From Folioceros fuciformis (lineage: Eukaryota): 64,000 bases of DNA. This document shows positions 36,169-47,998 of the stretch, piece by piece. Where the stretch lies: NCBI GenBank assembly GCA_049999805.1, contig JBNGIO010006284.1:153434-217433 (forward strand), in the 5' to 3' direction. Both the position numbers and the translations under genes were made by a program. Within the stretch, counting starts at the first letter, position 1, and every line of letters starts with the position of its first letter. The notes below the pieces were generated by a model. The model searched no databases and was not told where the DNA came from. It saw only the letters and a list, made by a program, of their open reading frames with translations.

Positions 36169-39100
36169 ATGATGGTTGCTTGCCGCGTTGCACTCAACTC
36201 ACGGAAAGGGCGAGGGCCTCTTGCGGGGACAGCTCTCGTGACCCCGACAAGCCGAGAATGGTGGGATGACGGGTACAGTAAGGAAAGCTTTGCAGGGCTA
36301 ACGTCAACCCGCGAATCGGGTGACGCTGTGTGCACGTTATGTGAGCAAGGGCAGGTCGATGAGGCTGTCGAGGCTCTGGGAGTACTAGTGCAGACAGACT
36401 GTGGAATCTGTCACTCTCTCTTTTACACAGTGATCAGAAGCTGCATGCTTCGGAAAGATCTGGTTCTGGGTCGCCGTGTTCATGCTCTCATAGTGGAGCA
36501 GGGGTATGAGTCTGACACGTTCCTGTGCAACCAGGTGCTGCGAATGTATGCTTCCCTAGCCAGGTTGCAAGAAGCTGTGGATGTGTTTTCTCTGGTCGTC
36601 AAGCCAGATGCCTTCATGTGGTCTTCCATGATGTCTGCACATGTCAACCATGGACAGGCCAAGGATGCCGTAGAGCTGTACCATCATATGCGTAGGTCTA
36701 GTGTGAAGCCAGATGGGCATGTTTTTGTGGCAGCCCTTCAGGCTTGTGCTAGAGCACGGGACTTGAGAGCTGGGCAGCAGGTGCATGCTGATGTGTTGGC
36801 TAGTGGCGGTGAGCCTCACTTGTGTGTCAGCAATGCCTTGGTGGACATGTATGCAAAGTGTGGCAGTTTGGGAGACGCTCAGAAAGTGTTCGACGGGCTC
36901 GGTCAGAAAGATGTGGTGACATGGAATGCCTTGGTAGCAGGGTACTCCCAGCAGAGCATGCTGCAGGAAGGACTTCGTCTCTACAGGGCCATGGAAGAGG
37001 AAGGCATGGTGGCCCCAAATTCCGTGACGTACGTATGCCTCCTGCGGGCATGTGCAAGTTTGGACACCCAAGCGTTGGAGACAGGGAAGCAGCTTCATGC
37101 ACAGATCCGAGAACGGGGCCTTCAAGATAATGAGTTTGTGGCCAGCAGTTTGGTACAGATGTATGCAAGATGTGGCAGCCTGGAGGAGGCTCAGCGAGTT
37201 TTTGGTGAATCCGGTAAGAAGGATGTTGTCACCTGGACAGCTCTGATTGCAGGGTACTCCCGGCAGGGAATGGGTGAGGAAGCCCTTCATCTATACAGTT
37301 CCATGGAAGAAGACGGTATTGCTGTACCCAACACTGTGACATTTGTGTCTCTCCTGCAGGCATGCGCGAGCGTGGGTACCTCAGCTTTGGTTCAGGGGAA
37401 AGAGCTCCACGCACAGATTGGCCAAAGAGGACTCGAAGCTGATGCCTTTGTAGGCAGCAGTCTGGTGAACATGTATGCAAAATGCGGCAGCTTGGAAGAT
37501 GCGCGAGCCTTATTTGACGGGCTTCCACAGAAAGATGTGGCTACATGGAATGCCATGATCGCCGGATACTCCCAGGAGGGCATGGGCAAGGGCGAGGAAT
37601 CCCTTCGACTCTACCGCACTATGCAAGACGACGATATTGTTGCCCCCAATTCTGTAACTTTCGTGTGCGTCCTGCAGGCATGTGCAAGTCTCGGCTCCCC
37701 GGCATTGGAGGAGGGCAAGCAGCTGCATGCACAAATCGCACAACGAGGACTTGAAGAAACAGACTTGGTTGTAGCCAACAGTCTGGTTAACATGTATGCA
37801 AAGTGTGGCAGCTTGGAAGATGCTCAAAGAGTATTCGATGGACTTGGTCAGAAAGATGTTATAACGTGGGCCTGTTTATTAGCAGGATACTCCCAGCATC
37901 GCATGGCTCAGGAAGCACTTCATCTGTACAAAAGCATGCAGGATGACGGCATTGCTGTACCCGATTCTGCAGCATTTTCGTCACTGCTGCAGTCATGTGC
38001 AAGTGTAGGCATCCCGGCCTTCGAGGTTGGTAAGCAACTTCATGCGCACATAGGGGAACGAGGCCTCCAGGACGATGCGGGTTTAGGTTGCGGTCTGGTG
38101 AACATGTATGTCAAGTGTGGCAGTTTAGAATTAGCACAAAGGGTGTTCGACAACATGAGCGAAAAGAATGTTATGCTGTGGACTGCTCTGATATCAGGTT
38201 ACGCACAGCAGGGCAGAGGGCAGGAGGCGCTTCGTCTTCACCACGCTATGAAAGAAGAAGGATTGTCCACCCCCGACGGTTTCACGTACGCCTGCCTGCT
38301 GCAGGCATGCGCCAGTGTGGGAACCCCGGCTCTGGAGGCAGGCCAGCAGCTGCATGAAGAAATTGAGGACGACGGGTTTCAAGGTGACGCGTTTGTAGCC
38401 AGCAGTTTAATTAACATGTATGCAAAGTGTGGCAGCATGGAGGACGCGCGGTGTGTGTTTGACAGACTTGAAGACAAGAATGTTGTGATATGGAATGCCA
38501 TGGTAGCAGGCTACTCCAAGCAAGGAATGGGCCAGGAAGCGCTTGATCTTCACGGTGCTATGCAGGCGGAAGGCATACCTGACTCTGTCACGTTCGTATT
38601 CCTTCTACAGGCATGTGCAAGTGTAGGCAGCACCGGTTTGCATAGAGGGAAGGAGCTTCATGCGCAAGTTCGAATAGCAGAACTTCAAGATGATGCCTTC
38701 GTGGCCAGTAGCTTGATAAACATGTACTCGAAGTGCGGCAGCCTGGAGGATGCTGAGGACGTCTTCGACAGAGTTGCCGACAAAACTGTAGCGACTTGGA
38801 GTGCCATGATCGCGGCATACTCCCAGCAGAGCAGAAGCCAGGAAGCACTCCGCCTTTACAAAACCATGCAGGCAGGCGGCGGTACGGTCACCCCAGATTC
38901 CGCCACATTCTTGTGCCTCCTCCAAGCCTGCGCAAACACTGCAGATCTGCATCTGGGAAGGGAGCTACACGCGCAAATCTCACAGCAAGGGCTTCAACAC
39001 GACGTCCTCCTAGCCTCCAGCCTCATCAACATGTACGGCAAGTCCGGCAACATGATTGCCGCACAGCAAGTGTTTGACGCCATGGAAGAAAGATCCGACG

Positions 39101-39699
39101 CCGCCTGGAACGCGCTCATCGCCGGCTACACTCGACAAGGATCCAGCTCCGAGGTCTTCACCTCGTTCCAACGAATGCTGGACGACGGGATCCAGCCAGC
39201 CGGCGTCACCTTCCTCCACATCCTCACGGCATGTAGCCACTCCGGGCTAGTGCAGCAGGGGAAAGAATACTTCAACGCCATGACGAGCCTTCACAACCTC
39301 ACTCCCGGAGTGGAACATTACACATGCATGGCGGACCTCCTCGGCCGCGCCGGCCACCTCCACGACGCCTTCACTCTGATAAGCACCATGCCCGTCCCTC
39401 CGTCCCCCGCGTCCTGGCGCGCCCTCCTCTCCGCCTGCCAGAAATGGCGCAACGTGGACATGGCGCGCCGCGCCTTCGACGCCGCCGTGCAGCTGGACGA
39501 GAAAGACGCCGCTCCCTACGCCCTCATGGCCAACATCTACCGGTCCGCGCACATGTGGGAGCAAGGGCAGGAGATCCAGGCCCGGCGAGTGAGCGCCCGG
39601 GCGTGGAAGCAGCCGGGGCAGAGCTGGTGGACGGACATGACCGGAGAAGTGCACACTTTCTCAGTCAGCGGGTGTAAGGCTGAAGGCCAAGTCGGGTGA
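36169..39699 (+). CDS. PLS-class PPR protein (PPR-4), WW-type box, DYW truncated
   Basis: Long P-L-S array; ends AWKQPGQSWWTDMTGEVHTFSV; first in-frame ATG 36169. Confidence 0.94.
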   Translation: MMVACRVALNSRKGRGPLAGTALVTPTSREWWDDGYSKESFAGLTSTRESGDAVCTLCEQGQVDEAVEALGVLVQTDCGICHSLFYTVIRSCMLRKDLVLGRRVHALIVEQGYESDTFLCNQVLRMYASLARLQEAVDVFSLVVKPDAFMWSSMMSAHVNHGQAKDAVELYHHMRRSSVKPDGHVFVAALQACARARDLRAGQQVHADVLASGGEPHLCVSNALVDMYAKCGSLGDAQKVFDGLGQKDVVTWNALVAGYSQQSMLQEGLRLYRAMEEEGMVAPNSVTYVCLLRACASLDTQALETGKQLHAQIRERGLQDNEFVASSLVQMYARCGSLEEAQRVFGESGKKDVVTWTALIAGYSRQGMGEEALHLYSSMEEDGIAVPNTVTFVSLLQACASVGTSALVQGKELHAQIGQRGLEADAFVGSSLVNMYAKCGSLEDARALFDGLPQKDVATWNAMIAGYSQEGMGKGEESLRLYRTMQDDDIVAPNSVTFVCVLQACASLGSPALEEGKQLHAQIAQRGLEETDLVVANSLVNMYAKCGSLEDAQRVFDGLGQKDVITWACLLAGYSQHRMAQEALHLYKSMQDDGIAVPDSAAFSSLLQSCASVGIPAFEVGKQLHAHIGERGLQDDAGLGCGLVNMYVKCGSLELAQRVFDNMSEKNVMLWTALISGYAQQGRGQEALRLHHAMKEEGLSTPDGFTYACLLQACASVGTPALEAGQQLHEEIEDDGFQGDAFVASSLINMYAKCGSMEDARCVFDRLEDKNVVIWNAMVAGYSKQGMGQEALDLHGAMQAEGIPDSVTFVFLLQACASVGSTGLHRGKELHAQVRIAELQDDAFVASSLINMYSKCGSLEDAEDVFDRVADKTVATWSAMIAAYSQQSRSQEALRLYKTMQAGGGTVTPDSATFLCLLQACANTADLHLGRELHAQISQQGLQHDVLLASSLINMYGKSGNMIAAQQVFDAMEERSDAAWNALIAGYTRQGSSSEVFTSFQRMLDDGIQPAGVTFLHILTACSHSGLVQQGKEYFNAMTSLHNLTPGVEHYTCMADLLGRAGHLHDAFTLISTMPVPPSPASWRALLSACQKWRNVDMARRAFDAAVQLDEKDAAPYALMANIYRSAHMWEQGQEIQARRVSARAWKQPGQSWWTDMTGEVHTFSVSGCKAEGQVG

Positions 39700-39716
39700 G
39701 CAAACCCTTCCGTCAG

Positions 39717-39816
39717 NNNNNNNNNNNNNNNNNNNNNNNNNNNNNNNNNNNNNNNNNNNNNNNNNNNNNNNNNNNNNNNNNNNNNNNNNNNNNNNNNNNN
39801 NNNNNNNNNNNNNNNN
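39717..39816. other. Assembly gap (100 N)
   Basis: N run. Confidence 0.99.
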
Positions 39817-41751
39817 GCTGCTGCCATCGCCCTCTCGCAATGTGCCAACTGGTTACACAGCACGCTGGCTCCTTCTTTTGCACTGCAGTTCCAGTCCCTC
39901 GCCAACCCTCCGCTTTCGGCATCGTGGCTACGAGTCGGCAACTCCCGACATCGGAGTCCTGTTTCGGAAAAGACACATCGCTCGCTGCACTGGAAATCTC
40001 TTGCTGCAGTTCCTTCACGCTCGGGTCCGCGCTTCCCGCGCCACCCTTGTCCCCATCCCCCAAGCAGAATCTACACGTCGCTCAGAACCCCCGTGCTATC
40101 CGTCCGCGTCAAAAAGTGGCTTTGGTTACCCACGCAGCCATTTTTTTAAATAATAATATTTATTATATATTCAAGATATTTATTTTATAAATGATTTTCA
40201 ATTGTAGGTAGACTTTTGACCTTTAATAGTTATGAGAATGATATTCAAAGGGGCTAGTAATTTTGGGAATGATATTCAAGAGAGTTAATAATTTTTGGAA
40301 TCATATATTCCAGAATTTCGCTCTTCGTGTTGTTCTATTGTCTTGGGTTAGATGGGATTTTTCATTTCTTTTTTAATAATATATATTACTTTTTATTTTA
40401 CTTTCTAAAAAATGATAGATTTTATTATATAATTTTAATTTTCTGATTCTAAATCCTAATTAATTCCTAAATCTTAAATCTTCAGCGGTGCATAGTGCCC
40501 TAACAATTATTGGTGGTACTTAGCCTCTTGGTTGGTAAGTGCACGTAGTTAAAGTTAGTGGCGCATATTGTGAGAAAAGGGCAGCCCACCACTTATATAA
40601 GAGAGGATTCATGTTTCGATCTCTCTTATAAGGAGGGACTACACAAAGAAATGAACCACCACATTTTGCAGTCTTTTCATGGCAAGTTCTCATACTCAAC
40701 AAAGCGTAGGAATCTCGTTGCCGTCTATGTACCATCATAGCGCCTGGCTATGGCTGGAGTTGCAATGGTCGAAGTGCTTGGCGGAGGGCTCATATTCTTC
40801 CATGGGCACCTCTATAAGTTGCTTCCCTTGTGAATGGCTGTTGTATTGCCCTAGTCTAGGTGTGTGGCAATACCTGTGTGACTGTTGACTTGAGGGTAGA
40901 CTCTAGGGAAAGACTTCCTTGAAGTTCTCACTAGCAGGCACAAGCACGTAGCAACCAGCCTAAGGAAAAAAAATTTGGCCGTTTTTTGGATTGTAAGTGT
41001 TTTGTGATGAATAGTGAATCAACTTTCGTAAGCCTGCGTGGACATCTTGGCAGAAGAGGGAGCTGCGAGTGCCCCTTCTGTTGCCGATTGCAAAGTTTTT
41101 TGATGTTTGGTTGGAAGTATTGAACGTAGGGAAACGTAAAGTTGGATCGTGTGGAAGGTCTTGTGAAGAAACTTGTGGGGAAAGGTGTTGGGTGTAGATA
41201 GTTAGAAGTCGATAGGGGGAGGACCCCACTCTAACCCTAAACCCTAATTAATTAATTAACAATTATCTAACCTTAAATATATAATTTAAAATTAGGGTTT
41301 AAATAAGTTTGATATTAATTATAAATACGACGGCTTGGTGGTGAGTAGATTTGGGGAGGGTGGCCGAGAGCCAAGGGCTGGTCGTTAGCAGTGCTTGGGC
41401 CAGATAAAGCTGGCTAAGTGTCCGGAGGGCCGGACCCAGACGGCTCATGTAGCGCGTCAGCAGGATGTAATTGACGGGCCCACCGGTGGGGAGCGGGGAC
41501 CCGGGTTAGGCCCCGGTTAAGGCTTTATATTGCAGGGGTCAGGAGGGTCAGTCTAGGCATCTTCTTCTTCTGCCTGCGTTTCTCCGGCTCCTTATCACCC
41601 AGCAACTGCGGGCATTATCTCCTCCTGCTCCCTGCAGCTCTGCGGGCGGGTGTGTGGGAGCGGGGCGAGCAGCAGCGGCGGCGGTCTGGAGCCTGAGCTT
41701 GTGGTTCTCGCTCCCTGCAAAATTTGATTGCATTTGTCTCAATCCGACAGC

Positions 41752-42730
41752 ATGGGGCTTCTGGACAAGCTCTGGGACGATATTGTGGCCGGGCCTCAGC
41801 CGGAGAAAGGCCTCGGCAGGCTGCGCAAGGAAAACTCGCTGCGGCAGGGAGTCTTGGACGGCGCAGGTCTCGTTCTTGTTTTGTTGGAGTCCGTAGAGGT
41901 GCTGTTGCGAGCTTTGGTGTGGTGTGGAGACGGCGTGGCGGTGCTCCGGTAGCTGGATGAGTCTTGTGAGTGTGTTTCGTTCAGAGAGATGGTTGCATGC
42001 ATGCTGACGGACGGCCGGACGGATGGACGATGGTGTGAGTGCAGAATTGGATGAGAGTGCTGCCAGAATGATGTGTCGGAGGCGTAGTGGAGATTTCCAG
42101 TACCAGCAGGACGAGGCCCGGCGTGTGACGCAGAGCATTTCCATTGCTAAGCCTCCCATGCTCCAGACCGTCGTCCAGGAGGACGCTCCCGGATCCCTTC
42201 CTTCTACTCCGGTGGCGCAGAGTCCGCTCTCGTCTTGGCCGTCACCAAGTAAGCGTTGTTGTGTTAGGACGGGTTTTGGAAGTGGTTTGTTGTGATGGAG
42301 GATGGGGAGGGAGAGTTTACGAGTGGTGCTATCGTCGGTGAGCAGGTCCGAGGGAGAGAGACAATATTTGGCGGAGTGTATTCAATTCCGGGAGCAACAG
42401 GGCTGTGGATCGGGTCGGATCTTCCAAGTTCGACAAACAGTCTCCGAACTCTCCCACCGTGTATGACTGGTACGGCTTCCTGTGTGCCGTCTGCGTGTTC
42501 TTCGCTGGTTTGGTGTGGATAGGTGATGTTTAGCTCACGGGGGGTACGAGCTTGTTCTAGGGAGTTCGTGGATTCAGTTGTGTGAGATTGTCGGGTAGCA
42601 GCTTCTGATGCCTGCATTCGAAAGCTGTTAGTACTTGTATCCAAAACAAACTACCACCTTGCTAAACCTGTAGGTGCAACCCGTGCTGAATTTGCATCGC
42701 AGGGTAGTGATCAGTGCCCTGGACAAGTAA
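41752..42730 (+). CDS. Dormancy/auxin-associated protein (DRM1/ARP family), about 4 exons
   Basis: MGLLDKLWDDIVAGPQPEKGLGRLRK, VTQSISIAKPP, NIWRSVFNSG, PTVYDW|VVISALDK*. Confidence 0.9.
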
Positions 42731-43957
42731 AGGAGAAATGCACCGCTGCGCGCGGCGATCCCTTTGTGCCCGTAGGCGGGCGAATATTCCTTCTCTGGGT
42801 GGCTCTTGGTGCAGCTGACCGCCGTCAGTACGGCGCCAGTTCAGGCTGTCTGTGAGAGTCTCGGTTCACATCTTAAACGGATCTGTAGTAATCTGGCCCT
42901 CTTCTCGTGTCATGCCGACATGCTTGGTGCAGGCCTTATTGTGGGGACATGAAGTATGGTTGGCGCTGAAGAAGGAAGCATCAGTGCATGTAACATATGG
43001 TTTTCTTTCCTGTCTCTGGGAAAGCCAGGAGTGTGAGGAATCTGGTTGTGAATATGTTGAAGGGGATGCCAGATCAAGCCCATGAAGGAATGACAACAAC
43101 TATAATCGCTCTGCGCGCACTTGGAGTGAGCTGTCCGAGTGAGCAGTAGTCGCTGTGTTTTCCAGTAACATCTCATCTCAGGCATAGCCTCATTTGTACA
43201 TTTCAGTGTTCGAAGTGTGAAGGTGCGTGTTCTTCTCTCCCGACCTTTCTTGGAAGAGTAGAGAAAAGAGGTTGGGTGTACAGTTTTGCGACGCTTGGAG
43301 AGGGCATTTGGTATCTTCTATCTTGGATACCGCAGCTTGCAACATGTATGATAAATAAGTCGTGGCCTCTTTCCGTGACACTTTCTCTTCTCTGAATGCC
43401 TTCATTCTTTGTTACGGAGCGAACTCTGCTCCACAATGTTGTTCACTCTCTCCTCATATGTCGAGAATGCTTGTTGCCAGAATGTACAGAAAGCCTGGGA
43501 GAAGCTGCGTAGCGTGTTTCCCAGTTGCCCAGTTTGTCCTGACATAGAGAGCATATTTGGAACGTGACAAAGTCATACAACGACTATACTAAACCTGCAG
43601 CGTTGAAGAGCCGGAACCTAGCCCAGACTGTGCACCACGTCCCCTTGCTGATGTCACGAGCAGCTGGACGGTAGTTTGACCCTCTTTCTTTCCTTTAGCT
43701 ATCCTTGACCCTTTCTCTTGGCCCGCAGCCATACAAGAAATGGTGAAATAATCAATGCTTCCAATTTTCCAGCCAATCTGCAACAGACGGCAAACAAAGA
43801 TGTTGCTTCGAATTCATCATCCCGATCCACTACACAACCAAAGGGCAAATTTCGAAGAGGCAGAGAAAAATGGAGCACCTGGAAAGTGTGGGACAACGGC
43901 CCTGGAGGTTCGTGCAGATAAGAGCCCGATGGCAGATTGGATGACGCAACTTGCGTG

Positions 43958-46900
43958 TCACTGGTTATCCCCACATGAACAGAAACCATCCACGAAATGG
44001 TGGACGGAATGCGCATCTCTAACTATGATCTCCCTCTTCTCAATTCTTGACATAATCTTGGTGCCGCTGTGGCAGTCATCACACATCCGCAGGTTCTTGG
44101 TGACCAGCAACGTTGTGCCGTCTGGTGTGTTCAAGAGCCCATACGCTAATGCCAGTTTCTCAGCATGGCCACACAGGGCATCCTCCTTCTCGCTGTCAGA
44201 CAACGGCTTCAGCACCAAGTGTGCGTGGGGTACATGGCCTCCTTCCTGCTTCAATCGTAAGTTCACATTCGAAAGCTTTGAGGAGATGTCTTCCCTTTCT
44301 TCCCCCACCGTGAAGCCGTGGGCCTTTCTGTTCACCTCAATCCACGCCTTCGCTGGCTTCTTCCGAGCACCTGCTGCCTTTCTCAGCTTCTCTACCGCGT
44401 CCACATCCTTCCATCTGCCGGCACTTCCGTAAATGCTTGCCAAAAGCACGTACGCTGCTGCATTCTGAGGGTCCATTTCCACAAGAGAGTCGAAACAGCG
44501 TCTTGCGCGCTCCATGTCCCCATAGCTTTTGCAGGCAGTCAGCAGAGATGTCCAGCCGGCAGCAGCATTCTGGAAAGGCATTGTTCTCAACAGCTTCTCT
44601 GCCTCGTCTAGATGCCCGGATCTGCTCAGGAGATTAGCCATGCAGTTGTAGTGATGCACGGAGGGGGTGATGTTGTAGTCCTCCTCCATCGTCTTGAAGA
44701 GGTTCCGACCCTCCTTCACCAGGCCCTCGTGACTGCATGCTGCAAGAAGGCAGATGAAAGTGGCGTCGTTAGGCTGCACACCCTGCTGCTGCATCGCTCG
44801 GAAGCACTGTAACGCATTTCGACCATCTTTATGTTGCCCGTATCCATTCAGCAGAGCAGTCCATGTCACCACGTTCCTGCTCTGCAAGCTCTCGAAAACT
44901 CCTTGGGCTTCCTTCAGGCTGCCACACTTTGCATACATGTCCACCAGGCTGCTCCCGACAACCGCATCGCCTTCCAGTCCCCTTTCTTGAATTCGTGCGT
45001 GTATTTGCTTTCCCTGGTGTAACGCTCCGATGCTGGCACATGCCTTCAAGAGGCACACGTAGGTAACAAGGTCTGCTGGCGTGAGGCCCTCCTCTTGCAT
45101 GCTTGTGTACAGATCGAGGGCTTCTTGACCAAGTCCTTGTTGGGAGTAGCCTGCAATCATGGTAGTCCATGTGACCACATCCTTGAACTGTAAAGCCTTG
45201 AAGACTGCGTGAGCATCTTCCAGGCTTCCGCATTTTGCATACATGTCCACCAGACAGTTCCCAAGCACCGCATCGATGTCGATGCCTCTTTCTTGAATCT
45301 GCAAATGAATGGCCTGGCCCGCTCGCAATGCTCCGATGCTGGCACAAGCTTTCAGGAGGCACACAAAGGTGACACGATCCGCTGGAGTCCATCCCTCCTG
45401 CTGCATGCTAGCGTAAAGCTTGAGGGCCTCTTCACCAAGCCCATGCTGTGCATAGCCTGTGATCATGGTGGTCCAGGTCACCACGTCTTTTAATGGCAGC
45501 TTGTCAAACACTCTACGAGCATCCTCGAGGCTCCCACATTTTGCATACATGTCCACTAGGCTGTTTGCAACCACCATATTTGCTTCCAGCCCTCGTTTCT
45601 TAAGGTGCCAATGGAGATCTGTACCTTCCCGCAAAGCTCCCATGCTAGCACAGGCTTTGAGTAGGCAGACAAATGTGACATGATCAGCAGGAGTGATTCC
45701 CTCTTGTTGCATACTTTCGTACAGAGCCAAGGCTTCTGAAGCAAGCCCCTGCTGCGCATATCCTGTTATCATGGCAGTCCATGTCACCACATTTTTCGTA
45801 GGCAACCTGTCAAAGACGCTGCGGGCATTCACTAAGCTGCCACATTTGGCATACATGTCTACCAGACTGCTGCCTACGACCACATCAGTTTCCAGGCCCT
45901 TTTCTCGAATCTCGGAATGAAGTTGCTTTCCATGATTTAGAGCTCCAACACCAGCAGAAGCTTTCAGGAGGCACACCAAGGTAATCTTGTTGGGAGAGGA
46001 GATGCCCTCGAGCTGCATACTTGCATAAAGATTGAGGGCCTCCTGACCAAGCCCGTGCTGGGCGTATGCTGCAAGCATGGCATTCCAGGTAACAACATCT
46101 TTCGTGTGCAGTCCTTCAAACACACGATAAGCATCCTTTAAGCTCCCACATTTCGCATACATGTCCACCAAGCTGTTTCCAACAAACAGATCAGATTCTA
46201 ATCCTCTGGCCTGAATTTCGGAATGAAGTTCCTTCCCTTGCCGTAAACCCCCAATGCTAGAACAAGCCTTCAGTAATGACACATACGTGACAGGATCAGC
46301 CAGGATGGTGCCCTCCTTTTGCATACCAGAATATAGGGAAAGGGCCTCTTGCCCGAGCCCATGCTGAGCGTACCCTGTGAGCATCGTATTCCACATCACC
46401 ACATTTCTGGTAGGCCAGCTGTCAAACACTCTACGAGCATCCTTCACGCTTCCACATTTTGCATACATGTCAATGAGACTGCTGCCCACATACACGTTCA
46501 GATCTTCAACACCCTCTAAGACATCTGCATGAATTTGCTTTCCAGATGCCAAATCGGCTGCAGTCGCACATGATTTAAGCGCTGCCACAAATACATGATT
46601 GCTTGGCTTCACGGGGGACTGCCTCATCAGCTGATAGAGCCGAATCGCTTGAATTGGCTGATTGTGTTCCGCGTGTGCTGAGATGATGGAAAACCACATT
46701 GACGGGCTTGGAGCATCCAATCTTGTGAACACCTCTGCCGCCTCCTGCAAATTCCCATGAGAAGCATACATGCGGATGATATGACTTGCCAAGAATTTGT
46801 TCGATTGGTAACCATTTTTAAGAGTAAGGACATGGATAAGCCTGCCAACATCCCCATCTTTCTGGGCAGTGCACCTTTTAAGAACACGAGAAAACAGAGA

Positions 46901-47665
46901 CGCAGGAACAGACGATCCTTGGCTGACCAAGCGGTCCAGTGCTTCTACCGTCTCATGCAGTTTTCTCTCTTCACACTCTGTACTCCATAACCCAACCCTT
47001 GAAGCCTCTTCATCCCTTGCAACCCTGCAACATCATGATGACTGTCAGAACAACTGGGTTCTCTTTCGAGGCAGCACAGTCATATGGAAGATGGTGCTCA
47101 AAAGGGGAGAGGAGGATTAGACCTGCAACTGCTCTCCCAATCCGAGAACCCGTCGTCAGAGGATGCCTTCGACCTACTAATAGTCTGTGGTGGTAGAAAA
47201 AAATCCTCCTCCGTTCTGCTGGGATTGCAGTTCCTCTGAAATGCCGCACAGCTTTAGATCCCCTCTCCACCGATACACAGAACAAATTAATTGCGTCTAC
47301 GTCAGATAGCTACACAACAATTGCTGGGCATCTGATTTACCTGAACCGTATTTTGCAACCACTGGGAGGGATCGGTTTCCCACAATGCGTCCCTTGCACT
47401 TCGCTCGCCTGCAGGCCAACTTCATGTAAGATTCTGCCACCACATCGGCTGAAACTGAAAGCAAAGGCCACGTGAACTCCGTCCACATAGGCCATCACTC
47501 ACCGGGCCACGATGCATGATTGCGTTGCTCCGCTGCGCCCTGCAATGCTGATATGTACCTGCACCAATCCTCCACAGGGCCGCGAGAACTGGGTTTGATT
47601 AATATCAGGTTGGATAGAGTAAGACTACCGCCTTTCAGCATTTGTGCTGGTTCCCCCCGGCACAT
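43958..47665 (-). CDS. PLS-class PPR protein (PPR-5) with complete DYW:KP-type deaminase-like domain; candidate U-to-C editing factor; exons ~47665-47503, 47408-47341, 47235-47123, 47024-43958
   Basis: 23 P/L/S motifs, E1, E2, KPAKAWIEV, LCGHAEKLALAYGLLNTPDGTTLLVTKNLRMCDDCH, CSCGDNQ*; three 94-105 bp GT-AG introns with matching phases 1/0/2; start codon uncertain. Confidence 0.93.
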
Positions 47666-47998
47666 GCAACTCAGGAGCACCAGATCTCAGATTCAGGGGT
47701 AGACACGCTTCTTATACACAATTCCAGGGCCATAGCTAGCCGAGGCTGAATTCGAGTAGATGTATCCATATGTCCCGGTAAAGGGGAAAAAACGCTGCGT
47801 GATTGGAAACGGCCCACCAACTGGATCAGCATGCCGCACGCCTGGAACTGCGACTTCAGCCCTTCAGGGAGGACCTGGCACAAGCTTCAGATCGATTTCG
47901 CGCCAGAAGCCGAAGCTCCAGGTCCAGGGAAATACGTATACTCAAGAGTATGCGAACATCCGTGAAGCTGGACCTGCTGTCTCACAGCAGAAATAGTG

